This document shows, piece by piece, positions 25,157-37,499 of a DNA stretch of 64,000 bases. The stretch comes from Mustelus asterias (taxonomy: Eukaryota): positions 372,001 to 436,000 of the forward strand of contig NW_027590160.1 of assembly GCF_964213995.1 (NCBI RefSeq). Reading direction: 5' to 3'. Position numbers and translations under genes: made by a program. Below the pieces are notes generated by a model. The model searched no databases, was not told the DNA's origin, and saw nothing but the letters and a program-made list of their open reading frames with translations. How positions within the stretch are numbered: the first letter of the stretch is position 1; each line of letters opens with the position of its first letter.

Positions 25157-27183
25157 TGTTTATTTTTATGTTATATCTGATCTTGACTCTCTTATTCAAT
25201 ATAACCCACAAATTGGCTTATATTACTCTAACGCACATTTCATGTTATCATTGCGCTGGTATATCTGTTTATATTCGACCAGATTTATTGTCTTGTATTG
25301 CTGCACTATTTCAAATCATTTATGCGGGCGTCACTGGCATCGGTTGCCCTTCCCTAATTGCCTTTTAGAAGGTGGAGATGAGCTGCCTTCCTGATCCGAT
25401 GCAGTCCACGTTCACCAGCTCGGGTCGCTGTGAATATCACACAAGTCTTTATGATACAGGTGGCCCTGTCTTATATTCGATTACCTGGAGAATAATACCT
25501 ACAGGAAGTTCAATCTACCAAAACGTTTCGGGTCATTACCATGGAATTGGTGAATGCAACGGCAATGGAGAGCAGCAAATGTTTCAGTCCTTTGCATCAA
25601 TAGCAATACGAAGTCTGAGAACTACAGGTGCATTTATCTCCTTTCAGGGAAAGGTCCAGGTTCATTTTTGTAATCATTTGCTCAAGTCAGCAAACATCAG
25701 AGGTTTATATCAGCAGCGTCTGTGACATGCTGAGATGGTGATTTTCCATTAATCTGCTCATCATTCGCGATGGATTTCAGTTCATTTTCCATCTGATCTC
25801 GAAAGCGAGATAATCCGACACGTACACAAAAAGTTACTGTAGAAACAAGAGTATACAACAGAAAGCTAATCAATTAATTATTACAGTATTAAATAATCTT
25901 CAATTAAAATACATGGACTGTTTGTGATTTTCATGCATTCACGGAAGCTGGAGATGTATAAAACTGATGATTGAGACAATTAAAGGGAAATTGTAAAGAG
26001 AAAGTGAATTTTCTCCAAAGAGGGTTATTAGGAAATAGACTATTTGAAATAATAAGCACTCAAATACCAAAGAGAAGAGCCGATGTGATATTTCATCGAC
26101 GTCGTCTATTTTAACATAAATAAGGACAGATTTTTGTGCAGTAATACAGAGGCAGGGCACAGTGCACTAATTATGGACACAGTATATGGATACAGGCGGA
26201 TACTGGGTCCAGTTTAGTATTTATTGAAACAGGATCTAGTATATTAATAATCAGCGTGGTTTTCTGTAATACAAATAGAGTGGTGCAATTATGGAAACGA
26301 CCAGATCTATTCTAATATAAACAAGGACAAATTCTGCAATAATAAAATCTGAAAAAGGTTTTATTATAATGTAGGCTAAAATAGACACTACTGGAATATA
26401 AACAACGACATGATATAATGTGAAATGAATTGAGAGGTGGCTCAGTGGAAGAAAAAGTGGGGCAGTACTGAATAAAGTAAAATTGAGACTGTATCTTGCA
26501 GGAAATGAACAGGGGTTTGGTCTGGCGCATGAATAACAACAGAGGATCGAACATAATTAGGCTGACCCAGGGCCTCGTGTAGTTTTATCTGATTCCTGAC
26601 ATTGGATAATAGAAACTGAGACAAAGCCTGGCACAGTAATTAATGGCAAAGACCTTCCATTAATATAAGCTTTGACAGGGACAAGTGCAGCAATAAAGAA
26701 ACATGACATAACACAATACGAACAGTGACGGGATGTTGTTGGTTATAAACAGGAAGCTGGGCTGGTGCAGCAGTGACTGAGATGTCGTGTATACGTGGCA
26801 GGTTCCAGAGCCTTGCGAAATGCAAACAGTAACACCTTCTGGTACAGAATCAGGACAGACAGGTTCTCGTCAAGTAAAAATTCAGAAATGGAGTATTATG
26901 ACATTAGCCAAGATTTAATTCAATGCTGCTGTATATCAGTTAAATTCTGAATAACCACAATAACAATTGGGAATTTGCCGAGTACAGACATAACTGAATT
27001 ATTGTCATACATTCAGAAATGTGATTTCGTGGCGTATAAACAGAGGCTGGGTGCATTTCAAGATGAGCAGAGACCGAGACCTTTGCAGTAATAATTGAGA
27101 CAAACTCCGTTACCTGTAATGCCAAAAATCGAGGTTTCATAGCCATCTATTGGACACACTTTGCTATTGCAGATGTGGTGAAA

Positions 27184-27465
27184 ATCATAGAATCCCATCG
27201 GATCCCGACAGTGCAGAAGGAGGCCATTCGGCCCATCGAATCTGCAACGACTACAATCCCACTCAGACCCCTGACACACGGGTCAACATTGCATGGTTAA
27301 TCAACCCAACCAGCACATCTTTGGACTGTGGGAAGAAACCGGAGCACCAGGAGGAAACCCACGCAGACACGGGGAGAACGTGTAAACTCCACACAGACAG
27401 TGATCCGAGGCCGGAATTGAACCCGGGGCCCTGGCGCTGTGAGGGCCCACCAGTGTACCACCATG
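27184..27465 (-). mobile_element. HE1-like V-SINE
   Basis: V-domain and tRNA head in reverse orientation. Confidence 0.85.
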
Positions 27466-27489
27466 GCAATTTTACTTGCCGTTTCTTTT

Positions 27490-28190
27490 ATGATTTGATC
27501 TGATTTATTATTGTTACCTGTATTAGTATACAGTGAAAAGTATTCTTTCGTGCGTGCTACACAGACAAAGCATACTGTTCATCTATGAAGTAGGGGACAG
27601 AGTTCAGAATGTATGGTTACAGTCAAAGCGAGGTTGTGCAGAAACATCAACTTAATGCGAGGTAGGTCCATTCAAAGGTCTGATGGCACCAGGGAAGAAG
27701 CTTTTCTTGAGTCGGTTGGTACTTGTCCTCAGACTTTTGGATCATTTTCCCGACGGAAGAAGGTGGAAAAGATTATGTCCGGGGTGCGTGGGATCCTTAA
27801 TTATGCTGGCTACTTTTCCAAGACAGCGGGAAGTGTACACAGTATCAATGGGTGGGAGACTGGTCTAAATGATGGACTGGGCTTCTTTCACGACGCCTTG
27901 TAGTTTTGTACGTTCTTGGCACAGAACAGGAGTCACACCAAGCTGTGATACAACCAGAAATAATGCTTTCTGTGGTGCATCTGTAAGCTTTGGTGAGATT
28001 CGCAGCGGACACGTCAGATTTCCTTCGTCCCCTGAAAAAGTAGAGGCGTTGGTGAGCGTCGGCATGGAGGGACCCGGACAGTTTGCTGGTGATCGGGGCA
28101 CCTAGGAATTTGAAGCCCTCGACCATTTCCACTTGTTCTTCCACTACACTTCCTGAAACTGATGACTATCTCCTTCGTTTTGTTGACATT
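27490..28190 (-). mobile_element. Rex1/Babar-type LINE 3' fragment
   Basis: VEMVEGFKFLG...HQRLYFFR...YRCTTESIISGCITAW motif. Confidence 0.75.
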
Positions 28191-28194
28191 GAGG

Positions 28195-28765
28195 GAGAGA
28201 AAACGAGGGAGAATGTAAGTCCACTCAAGGATAAAGGAGGGAACATGATCTTGGAGGAAGAGTATTTGAGCGAGATCCTAAAGGAGTACTTTCCATCTGT
28301 GTTCACTAAGGAGAATGATATGGAGGATTTTTGGAGTAGCGTGGAGCATGCTAATGTGTTAGGGCTTTTCGAGATCCAGAAAGAAGTCGTGTTGGGTCGT
28401 TTGACGAGCACTAAGATGTATACATCCCCAGGGCATGATGGGATCTACACCAACTTACTGTAAGAGGTAGGAAAGGAGATTGCTGGGGCCTTGACAAAGA
28501 TCTTTGTACCACCACTACCACTGGAGAGGTCCCAGAGCGAGTAGTTAATGTTGTTCTTCTGTTCAAGAAAAAGAAATCCAGGAAATTGTAGACGGGTAAT
28601 TCTCACATCGGTGTTTTGGAAGTCATTGGAGAGGATTCTTCGTGATAGGATATATGAACATTTGGAAAAGCATGGTCCAATGAGGGAAAGTCAGAGGGGC
28701 AGGTTAAGTTAACTAATTTGATTGATTTTTCCGAGGAGTTCACCAAGATGATCGATGAGAGTAGA
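28195..28765 (+). mobile_element. CR1 LINE internal fragment
   Basis: EILKEYFPSVFTKE...SPGHDGIY. Confidence 0.8.
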
Positions 28766-30030
28766 GCAATGGCGTCATCAAAGTTCCAAACAACTCCATC
28801 AGGACTTCCCTGCTTTTGTAATCTATGTCACGATTGATAAAGGCAAGTGTCTCATGTGCCTTTTTCACCATCTTACTAACATGCCCTTCCGCTTTCAGAG
28901 ATCTGTAGACAAACATGCAAAGGACACTTTGTTCCACAGAACTTCTAACTGCCCTATCATTCACTGATTATTTTCTTGTCAAATTACTCCTTTCAAAGTG
29001 TATCACCTTACACTTTTCAGGGTTCAGTTCCATCTGCCACTTACTGCTCATTTGACCATTCATTCTCTTCTTGTAGCCCATGACACTCCCTTTCACTGTT
29101 AACCACCAGTCCAATCTTTGTGTCATCCGCAAGCTTACTAATCCTCGCGCCCAGATATTTATCAATTTCATTTATATCAATGACAAATAATAGGGGGCCC
29201 AACACATCCTGTGGTACAGCACTGGACACAGGCTTCAGTCACTAAAGCAGCCTTCTGTCATCACCCTCCGTCTCCTAAAACTCAGCCAATTCAATCCACT
29301 TAATCAAATTATCCTATATCCCATGTGAATTTGCATTCTTTTCCAAGTCTCTCATGTGGGACTTGCCAAAAAGTTTGTGGAAATCCATATAAACTACATC
29401 GACTGTGCTATCCTCAACTACGCATCTGGCCACCTCCTCAAAAAAATCAATCTCATTTGTTAGGCATGACCTCCCTCTGACGAAGCCAAGCAGACTATCC
29501 CTGATCAAGCTTTGTTTCTCCAACTGGAGAAAGGTGATCTAATTCAGACGTTTCTCTTAAATGCTCCCCACCACTGACGTGAGGTTCACTGGTCTGTAGT
29601 TCTCTCTACAACCCTTCCTAAATAATGGAATTATATTAACTGTTCTCCAAACGTCTGGCACCTCTCCCGTCGGCAGAGAAGAATTCAAAATTTGTGTCAG
29701 AGTCCCTGCAATCTCTCCCTTTGCCTCCCACAACAGCTGGACCTGGAGATTTATTTACTTCCAAGGCTGCCAACATCTCTAATAGTTTGTCCTTCCCGAT
29801 GTCAATTTAGTCAAGAACCTCATAGTCCCTCACCCTGCATTCCATATCTTTGCCTTCATTCTCTTGGGTGAAGACTGATGCGAAGTATTCATTCAACACT
29901 CTACCAATATCCTCTGGCTTCACCCCTTCGCCCCTAGTGGGCCCTATTCTGTCCCTGGTTTTCCTCTTCCCATTGATATACTTATAGAATATCTTGGGAT
30001 TTTCCCTACAGAGCTTGCTCATATCCCCTC
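28766..30030 (-). mobile_element. CR1 LINE fragment, decayed RT
   Basis: ENPKIFYKYI, GFVRGRSCLTN, VDVVYMDF, VPQDVLGPLLF, ISKLADDTK. Confidence 0.85.
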
Positions 30031-30434
30031 ATTGCATTTGATCCATGTTGCTATAATTCAGCCTTTGATTTCCTTTTCATGCCTTCCCCTGTCTCCTTGT
30101 TCTTTATCAATCCCTGTCTCCACATGTCACCCAGAATGTCCGGCATTTACTTTCCCTGGTCTTTTGTTTAAACTTTTCACACTATTGATACTTCTTTGAA
30201 CTATTCCATCCTCTCTGCCATAGATTATCCCCAATTTTCTCTGAGATTGGTAATGCAGATTTCGTTCGATACGGAATAATTCACGAAGCCTGAGCCGCCT
30301 GCTTTGACCTTGCTTCCCACCAGTATTAAATTAACGTGAAACGACCGCAGTTCCAAGAGAAAAGGAGAGTTATATAACGTTCGGTAGGAACATTGTTATT
30401 GTTTTCAGTTCCTTATTCAGCGATTCCATGCGTG

Positions 30435-31185
30435 AGATAAAAACGGAATATTCTGGAAAATCTCAGCAGGTATGACAGTATCTGTGGAGAGGGAATTGTG
30501 CCAACGTTTTGAGTCAGGATGATACTTCGTCAGAGTTGAAGAAATGGAAAATCAGACAATATTTCTACTGTGAAGGTGAGGGGTATGGGTGTGCGTTGGG
30601 CGGGGGCGGGGCGGGGGGTGGGTTGGGTCGGTGCTAAAATTGATAGGAATGGAATGATCAAAAAGAAAAATGGAATGTAAATGGTGATGATAAAGGCCCT
30701 GCATGGTGATAAAAGCGTCCATTAATCGGAATGTGCAAATGGCAGAACAAAGGTGCAGGGTGTAGGAATGCGGTAGCGTGCCCGAGCTGAGAAGGCATCG
30801 GGGAGAGCGAAATGGCGAGATTTTCGAAATGGAAAAATAGAAATAAGAATGCAAAATAATAAAAATGGATGAACACGAGGAAACGAAGTAATGAAGTAAA
30901 AGAAATAGAAATGGGGCGAAGGTGAAATAAAGAGTTCACGTTCTGAAATTTTTGAACTCACAGCTTAGTCCAGAAAGCTGTAAAGTCGGAAGATGAATTG
31001 CTATTCCACCATTCTACGTTAAGGTTCACAGGAACATTGGAAAAGGCCCAGATCGGACATGCTGGCAGGACAACAGGGTGTTGTGTTCAAATGGTAGGCA
31101 TCATGAAGCTCTGGGTCCTGATTGCAGAAGGACCGAAGGTGTTTCGCAAACTGGTAGCCCAGTTTCCATTTGGTCTCTCCGATGT
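30435..31185 (-). mobile_element. Penelope-like element 3' part (GIY-YIG remnant plus terminal repeat with hammerhead core)
   Basis: YIGETKWKLGYQFAKHLRS...HLN remnant; CTGACGA...AAAACGTTGGC at 30500-30535. Confidence 0.7.
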
Positions 31186-31861
31186 ATATTCTCCCCGTGT
31201 ATGCCTGGGTTTCCTCCCGGTACTCTGGTTTCCTTCCACATTCCAAAGATGTGCAGGTTAGATTGATTTTCCATGGTAAATGTAGTGTTATGGGGATAGG
31301 GTGGATGAACTGGCCTGGGTGAAATAATCTATCAGAGAATCGGTAGCATCCTTCTCAATTGTTGGACGCTATCATTCTAAATAAGTTGTTTAATTTAAGA
31401 AAATACAATTTCATTTCTACTAACTTAGAACTTGAACCCCAATTCATTTACCGTTTTCCACAAGACTGGTTCTCATCGACCCAGAATCATTTTGCGTTCA
31501 CTTGTGCAGTATCCTGGGTATTGCAGTTGGTGCACTGCAGAGGGAGATTTAGTCTGTAGCTCTTCCCTGCTGCAAATGCCCTCGAATTATTTGCTGCCAA
31601 GGTGCTGATGGAACTTCATTTTGTGTAAACCCATCTGTGATTTTAACTTCTGAAAAAGAGTGCTTGAGCGGTATAAGGAAAGATTTATTTTGTATCATAC
31701 ATATGCTCGGCCTATCCTGACATTGTTTAATTAAAAAAGGGGACAAGGAGAAATTATTGGTGACCAATGTTTCTTGTTAATTTTTTTGAATGGCGACCAA
31801 CAGGCACGCACAGACACAAGCACACACATACGCACACTCACACACACACGAATACGCACAT

Positions 31862-33200
31862 ACAAAGAACAAACCAAGAACAAAGAACAGTACAGCAGAG
31901 GAAATAGGCCCTTCGGCCCTCCAAGCCTGTGCCTCTCCTTGGTCCAACAAGACCAATCGTTTGTATTCCTCCATTCCCAGGCTGCTCATGTGACTATCCA
32001 GGTAAGTCTTAAACGATGTCAGCGTGCCTGCCTCCACCACCCTACTTGGCAGCGCATTCCAGGCCCCCACCACCCTCTGTGTAAAAAACGTCCCTCTGAT
32101 ATCCGAGTTATACTTCGCCCCTCTCACCTTGAGCCCGTGACCCCTCGTGAACGTCACTTCTGATCTGGGAAAAAGCTTCCCACCGTTCACCCTATCTATA
32201 ACCTTCATAATCTTGTACACCTCTATTAGATCTCCCCTCATTCTCCGTCTTTCCAGGGAGAACAACCCCAGTTTACCCAATCTCTCCTCATAGCTAAGAC
32301 CCTCCATACCAGGCAACATCCTGGTAAACCTTCTCTGCACTCTCTCTAACGCCTCCACGTCCTTCTGGTAGTGCAGCGACCAGAACTGGATGCAGTACGC
32401 CAAATGTGGCCTAACCAGCGTTCTATACAGCTGCATCATCAGACTCCAGCTTTTATACTCTACACCCCGTCCTATAAAGGCAAGCATACCATATGCCTTC
32501 TTCACCACCCTCTCCACCTGTGTTGCCACCTTCATGGATTTGTGGACTTGCACACCTAGGTCCCTCGGTGTTTCTATACTCCTGATGACTCTGCCATTTA
32601 ATGTATAACTCCTCCCTACATTATTTCTTCCAAAATGCATCACTTCGCATTTATCCGGATTAAACTCCATCTGCCACCTCTCCGCCCAATTTTCCAGCCT
32701 ATCTATATCCTGTTGTATTGCCCGACAATGCTCTTTGCTATCCGCAAGTCCAGCCATCTTCGTGTCATCCGCAAACTTGCTGATTACATCAGTTACACCT
32801 TCTTCCAAATCATTTATATATATCACAAACAGCAGAGGTCCCAGTACAGAACCCTGCGGAACACCACTGGTCACAGACCTCCAGCCGGAAAAAGACCCTT
32901 CGACCACTACTCTCTGTCTCCTATGGCCAAGCCAGTTCTCCACTCATCTAGCCACTTCTCCTTGTATCCCATGAGCCTTAACCTTCTTAACCAACCTGCC
33001 ATGAGGGACTTTGTCAAATGCCTTACTGAAATCCATATAGACGACATCCACAGCCCTTCCTTCATCAACCGTTTTTGTCACTTCCGCAAAAAACTCCACC
33101 AAATTTGTGCCTAATCCGGCTATAGTTAGCCTTCCCCCAATTTAGCCCCCTGCCCGTAGGACAGCACTCATCCTTGTCCATTACTATCCTAAAGTTAACA
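31862..33200 (-). mobile_element. Young CR1 LINE with intact RT C-terminal ORF and an internal deletion
   Basis: 388-aa ORF with GVPQGSVLGPLLF and KFADDTK; 5' part jumps from LNWGKANY to NLVEFFAEVT; inserted in a (CA)n tract. Confidence 0.92.
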
Positions 33201-33361
33201 GAGTTACATACATACACACGCACACACACACACACAGACACACACACACAGAGTTACATACATACACAGGCAGACGCACATACGCTCACACACACACATG
33301 AATACGCACACATACACACACGCCCACACACAAACATACATGAACACACACACAACTGATT

Positions 33362-33665
33362 TAGAGTCATAGAGTCGCTACAATGCAGAAGGAGGCCATC
33401 AGCCCATCGAATTTGCACCGACGCGCTGACAGAGTTCGTTACCCAGGCAATTTCCCCCAGCTATCCCCGTAACACTGCATTCACCATGGTTAATTAACCT
33501 AACCTGCACATCTTTGGACTGTAGGAGAAAACCTTAGTACCTAGAGGAAACCCAAGCAGATACGGGGAGAACATACATTAAGGAGACCAAATGGAGACTG
33601 AGAGACCAGTTTGCACAACATGTTCAGTCCTTCGGCAATCAGGACTAAGAACTTTCTGTCACTTG
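33362..33665. mobile_element. SINE 3' half (-) fused to a Penelope GIY-YIG fragment (+)
   Basis: ...GGAAACCCAAGCAGATACGGGGAGAAC|ATACATTAAGGAGACCAAATGG... Confidence 0.65.
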
Positions 33666-34060
33666 CAGACACAGACACGAAAACCTACGCACGCGCACAC
33701 ACGCACACACACACACACACGCACACACACACAAACAGCCACACACACACAAACACATATACATAGACACGCACCTACACAAACATACACACATATGCAC
33801 ACACAGACACAGGCACACTCAGAGACAGAGGCAGACACACGCACACACACATAAACGCACACAGATGCAAACAGACAAAGCAAACACACTCAGAAAAAGA
33901 CAGAACCACTTGCACTCACACACACTGAGACTAACAGATGCATACATATACAGAGATGCGTACGCACACAGGCAAACAAAGATGCATACACACAGAGAGA
34001 CACACACACACACGTGCACATAGACACACACGTACACACACACGTGTGCGCATAGACATT
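33666..34060. repeat. (CA)n-rich low-complexity tract
   Basis: Visible degenerate CA repeats. Confidence 0.9.
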
Positions 34061-34129
34061 GCAAATTATTCACCAGCCTTCACTAACGAAAATACTCGAT
34101 TTTGATTTGTGCCCATCCTTGATTATTAG

Positions 34130-34383
34130 GTGTGAGTTCAGAGACAGTGTGAGTCTATGCCCATGTGAAATATTGAATGTAGAGGGTGCGGGTGTGAGTC
34201 TAGAGACAGTATGAGTCGATGACGTAAGTATGAAATATTGAATGTGGTGCATGCGGTGCAAGCTCAGAGACAATATGACTCTATGGCCGTGTGAAATATG
34301 GAATGTGGGGTCCAGTGTGAGCTCAGAGACAATCTGACTATGTCAGTGTGAAATATTGAATGTGGAGAGTCCGTTGTGAGCTT
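34130..34383. repeat. ~60-bp minisatellite, about 4 copies
   Basis: Unit GTGTGAGCTCAGAGACA...TGAAATATTGAATGTG. Confidence 0.85.
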
Positions 34384-34843
34384 GGATGCCACGGATATTT
34401 ACACCTCCCTTAGCTCCCCCCCCCCCCCAACCGCCCTGCCCACCCCCACTTCCTTAATTCGAATTCTGCGGGATTAAGTAGATGTCACACTTCTCTCACG
34501 GCATCTGAATGGCCTCACATCCTCTACAGAAGCTCCAGCCCCTCCCCACTCTCCCTGTAATCCCAGTTCCTATAGGGTGAGTGGGTAAGGATTTCTATCC
34601 AATGAGCGTGCAATGGTGAATTCATGAATAGTTGCACCAGCAAGTTGTCGAGCGGAGCTTTCAGGGACTGTTTTCTTTTGAACTTGTGTGAAGGAGCAGG
34701 GTGTTGGACAGTTGGATTGGCCAACGAGAGAGGAGGAATTGCAAGGGTTTCTGTTTTGAACTCATGTCAATGCCCCATACCAGTACCCCTGCATATTTTA
34801 AAAAATGGTATACTTTTGAAAACTCTCAGTATTTCAGTTGGTC

Positions 34844-35745
34844 TCATTTTTGAATGAATTGGACAATTACAATGAAGGGGTTTTTCACCACATTCTTCAA
34901 CTGCTCTCTGAACTTAGTTTGGGTGACGGCATAAATCCCAGTGTTTGTGCAGCAACCCAGGAGCTGCGTCATGAAGCCCAATTCCAGAACGTAAAAATCT
35001 AAGTGCATAGACGGAAATCCTAAACCATGCATCCGTCTCCATATGGAAAATATCATTAATGTTGACCATAAAAGAACGAAATTGACCGAAATAACCAACA
35101 CTAAAATTATGGATTTCCTTCGACTCTCCATCTCTGGATCTTTGTAATTTTCCTCACTTCTGTGAGACCGCAGTCTGCTGCGGGCCCTGCTCATCACCAA
35201 AATGTGTCTGATTGTGAAAACATTCAGGAGCAGAATTAGGACAAATGGAACACATGGCGTTAGAATGTTGTGCATGAATTCGATTGTTACCCCGAATGAA
35301 GAGAACAGAATATCTCTTCTGTAAGCACAAAACCAGGGGTCGTTTAACAACGTATAACTACCTAATAACATGAAGCACCAGAAAATGTTCTTTAGACAGC
35401 TCAGAGCTGACACTGTTCCCAGAACCACAGCCGCCGTTTTCTCGCTGCAATATTTACTTTTCAGCTTCTGGCAACAAATGGCCACAAATCGATCAACGGT
35501 GAAAGTGACGGTGAACCAGACTGAACAGTCAGTAGCTGTATAAAGCAGAACAGCATGAAAATTGCACACGGGAATAGAATACAGGAAATAAAACGATTTC
35601 TCATAAACTACTGGAATTTGTCTCAATATCAGGTCAAGGATAAGGACTAGTAGATCAGCCACTGACATCGCCACCAGATAACAAGCAACACATTTGGAGA
35701 GACCACATTTTTTGCACGTCAGAATGAAAATCGTGATTAAGTTCG
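34844..35745 (-). CDS. Class A GPCR, GPR139/GPR142-like (large coding exon); first exon not found
   Basis: CCTTACAG acceptor, then ANLITIFIL..KCGLSKCV..YLVAMSVADL, SVWFTVTFTVDRFVAICCQKLK, DPEMESRRKSI, CCTNTGIYAVTQTKFR; open to the stop codon. Confidence 0.85.
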
Positions 35746-36699
35746 CTGTAAGGAGGAACATAAACACTAAAATTATACATCAGGCCATTTGAGTAGAATA
35801 AATAATGAGATGTGCTACTGCATCCTGTGATGTACTGAAATAAATAGACCAGAAAGGAGAAACAGGAAGGTCTGGGAGAAGCAGATGTGAAAAAAAAAAC
35901 AAAATGTGAGAAGAGAGGGGAGGCAAGAATGATGTGGCATGCAAAGGTGGTGGAGAGAACCAGAAGTAAAGGATTAGCCAATGGGTAACTAGAGGAGCAA
36001 GAGGTGGCGTTCTGTTATGGGCAGAGGACAGATGTGCGATAATTCAATGGAGTTTGAAGCAAAGAGCATGGAAGACATTAATAACTAAAGAGGCAAATTT
36101 GAAATCAGGTGCAGGGACAGATAGGCAGATGATGCGCTGGCTTTGCGTATCAAACCCGTACAACACGAGTTGGATTAATTCTCCAGTTTTGAAACCTACA
36201 AGCTCATACTCACATAAGTCCGACCATATGTTCATCTGGGAGAAACGGGGACGAGATAAGGGTGAATGTCCAACTCTGTGTTGGGTGTGGGCTCGAGTTC
36301 AAACTCTGAAGAGCTCGGGTATGATCTTACCTGCCCTCTGCACATTAGAACGGCATTCAAGGCGCTATTTTACATTGTTGAATACGACCCTAAGTAACCA
36401 CTAGATGAGAATTCTGATCTATCAACTGTAAATGCTTACGGGCATGCTGCTGAGCGACAAAGAATTGATGTGCTGTGGGAGTTGGTTCATTAAGAACATT
36501 TCCCCTGCTTTGCACAGCAGCTATTATTCTGTCCACACTTCAGCTCCAATGCCACTCTAACATCTGTGCACCATGCTGCAACAATCATTAACTGTGCCCT
36601 GCTCAGATTCCAGTTCCTGTTTCATTTTTGACTTTAATCTTGATTTAAACTTATCTTTTCTCTCCCAAGTTCAAAAGCTAACTATTGTTCAGTTGTTCG

Positions 36700-37260
36700 G
36701 CTTGTTGTCCTGCCCATCACTCAGTTTTCCACTTCTTTGCTTCTGACAGAGCTGAGAGAATAATCTGTGAATGGGAATCGATATGTCATATGCACTGTTT
36801 GGAAAATTTCCACATCCAGAGAATTTGACGGAAACTGTGAACTTAGTTGCCATGGACAACACTGTTTTACGCTGACATAAGGCTCCACATCTTGTTCAAG
36901 GAGGCAGAACAGATCAATGGCCATGGACTTGTTGAATCAGCAACGCTTGGTGTTCTGGTCCTTGGTAATGTGGAGATTGGTAAAAGCTGGGGTTGGTTTC
37001 CTCTCCATCTCCCGTTTTCCAGAGCTTCTCCTCTCCGTAGCGCTTGCTCCGTTTGTTGGTCATGTTGGATACTGAGATGCACTGAATCTGCATTTCTGAT
37101 ATGTTTCCGAGCACTGAGTCAAAATATCCTCTAACAGGAATGCATGTATGCAACAGCTCACAACGCAACCTCCAGAAACCCATCCACAGCAGCGTCATTA
37201 ACTTTCTCGCAACATAACAGGATCCAGAAGCAAAAGGATAAGTAACCGTTTGCTGGAATA
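36700..37260 (-). mobile_element. Possible decayed Harbinger transposase relics
   Basis: Frameshifted DLFCLLEQDVEP / KTVLSMATKFTVSVKFSGCGNF and FASGS resemble the HARBI1-type N-terminal motif. Confidence 0.35.
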
Positions 37261-37499
37261 TGGGAAATGGAAAGGGCAATCGGGATTATTTGCTGGGATG
37301 GAGCCATAGAAGAATTTAACTACAAGCTTGAAAATATTAAAAATGAATTTCTGCCGAATGGAAACCATTGTAGGAGAGCAGAGGAACAATGGTGAGCACA
37401 AATTGTGTGTTAAGATGCAGACAGTTTTTGTTGACCTGTCGTTCATGAATATGTGGAACTGGAGTAATATGGCTAGGATAACATTAAAATTGTGCAAAA

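Noticed and set aside
34130-34383. CRISPR-like or regulatory array
   Set aside because: Contiguous degenerate tandem units without unique spacers, in vertebrate DNA; an ordinary minisatellite
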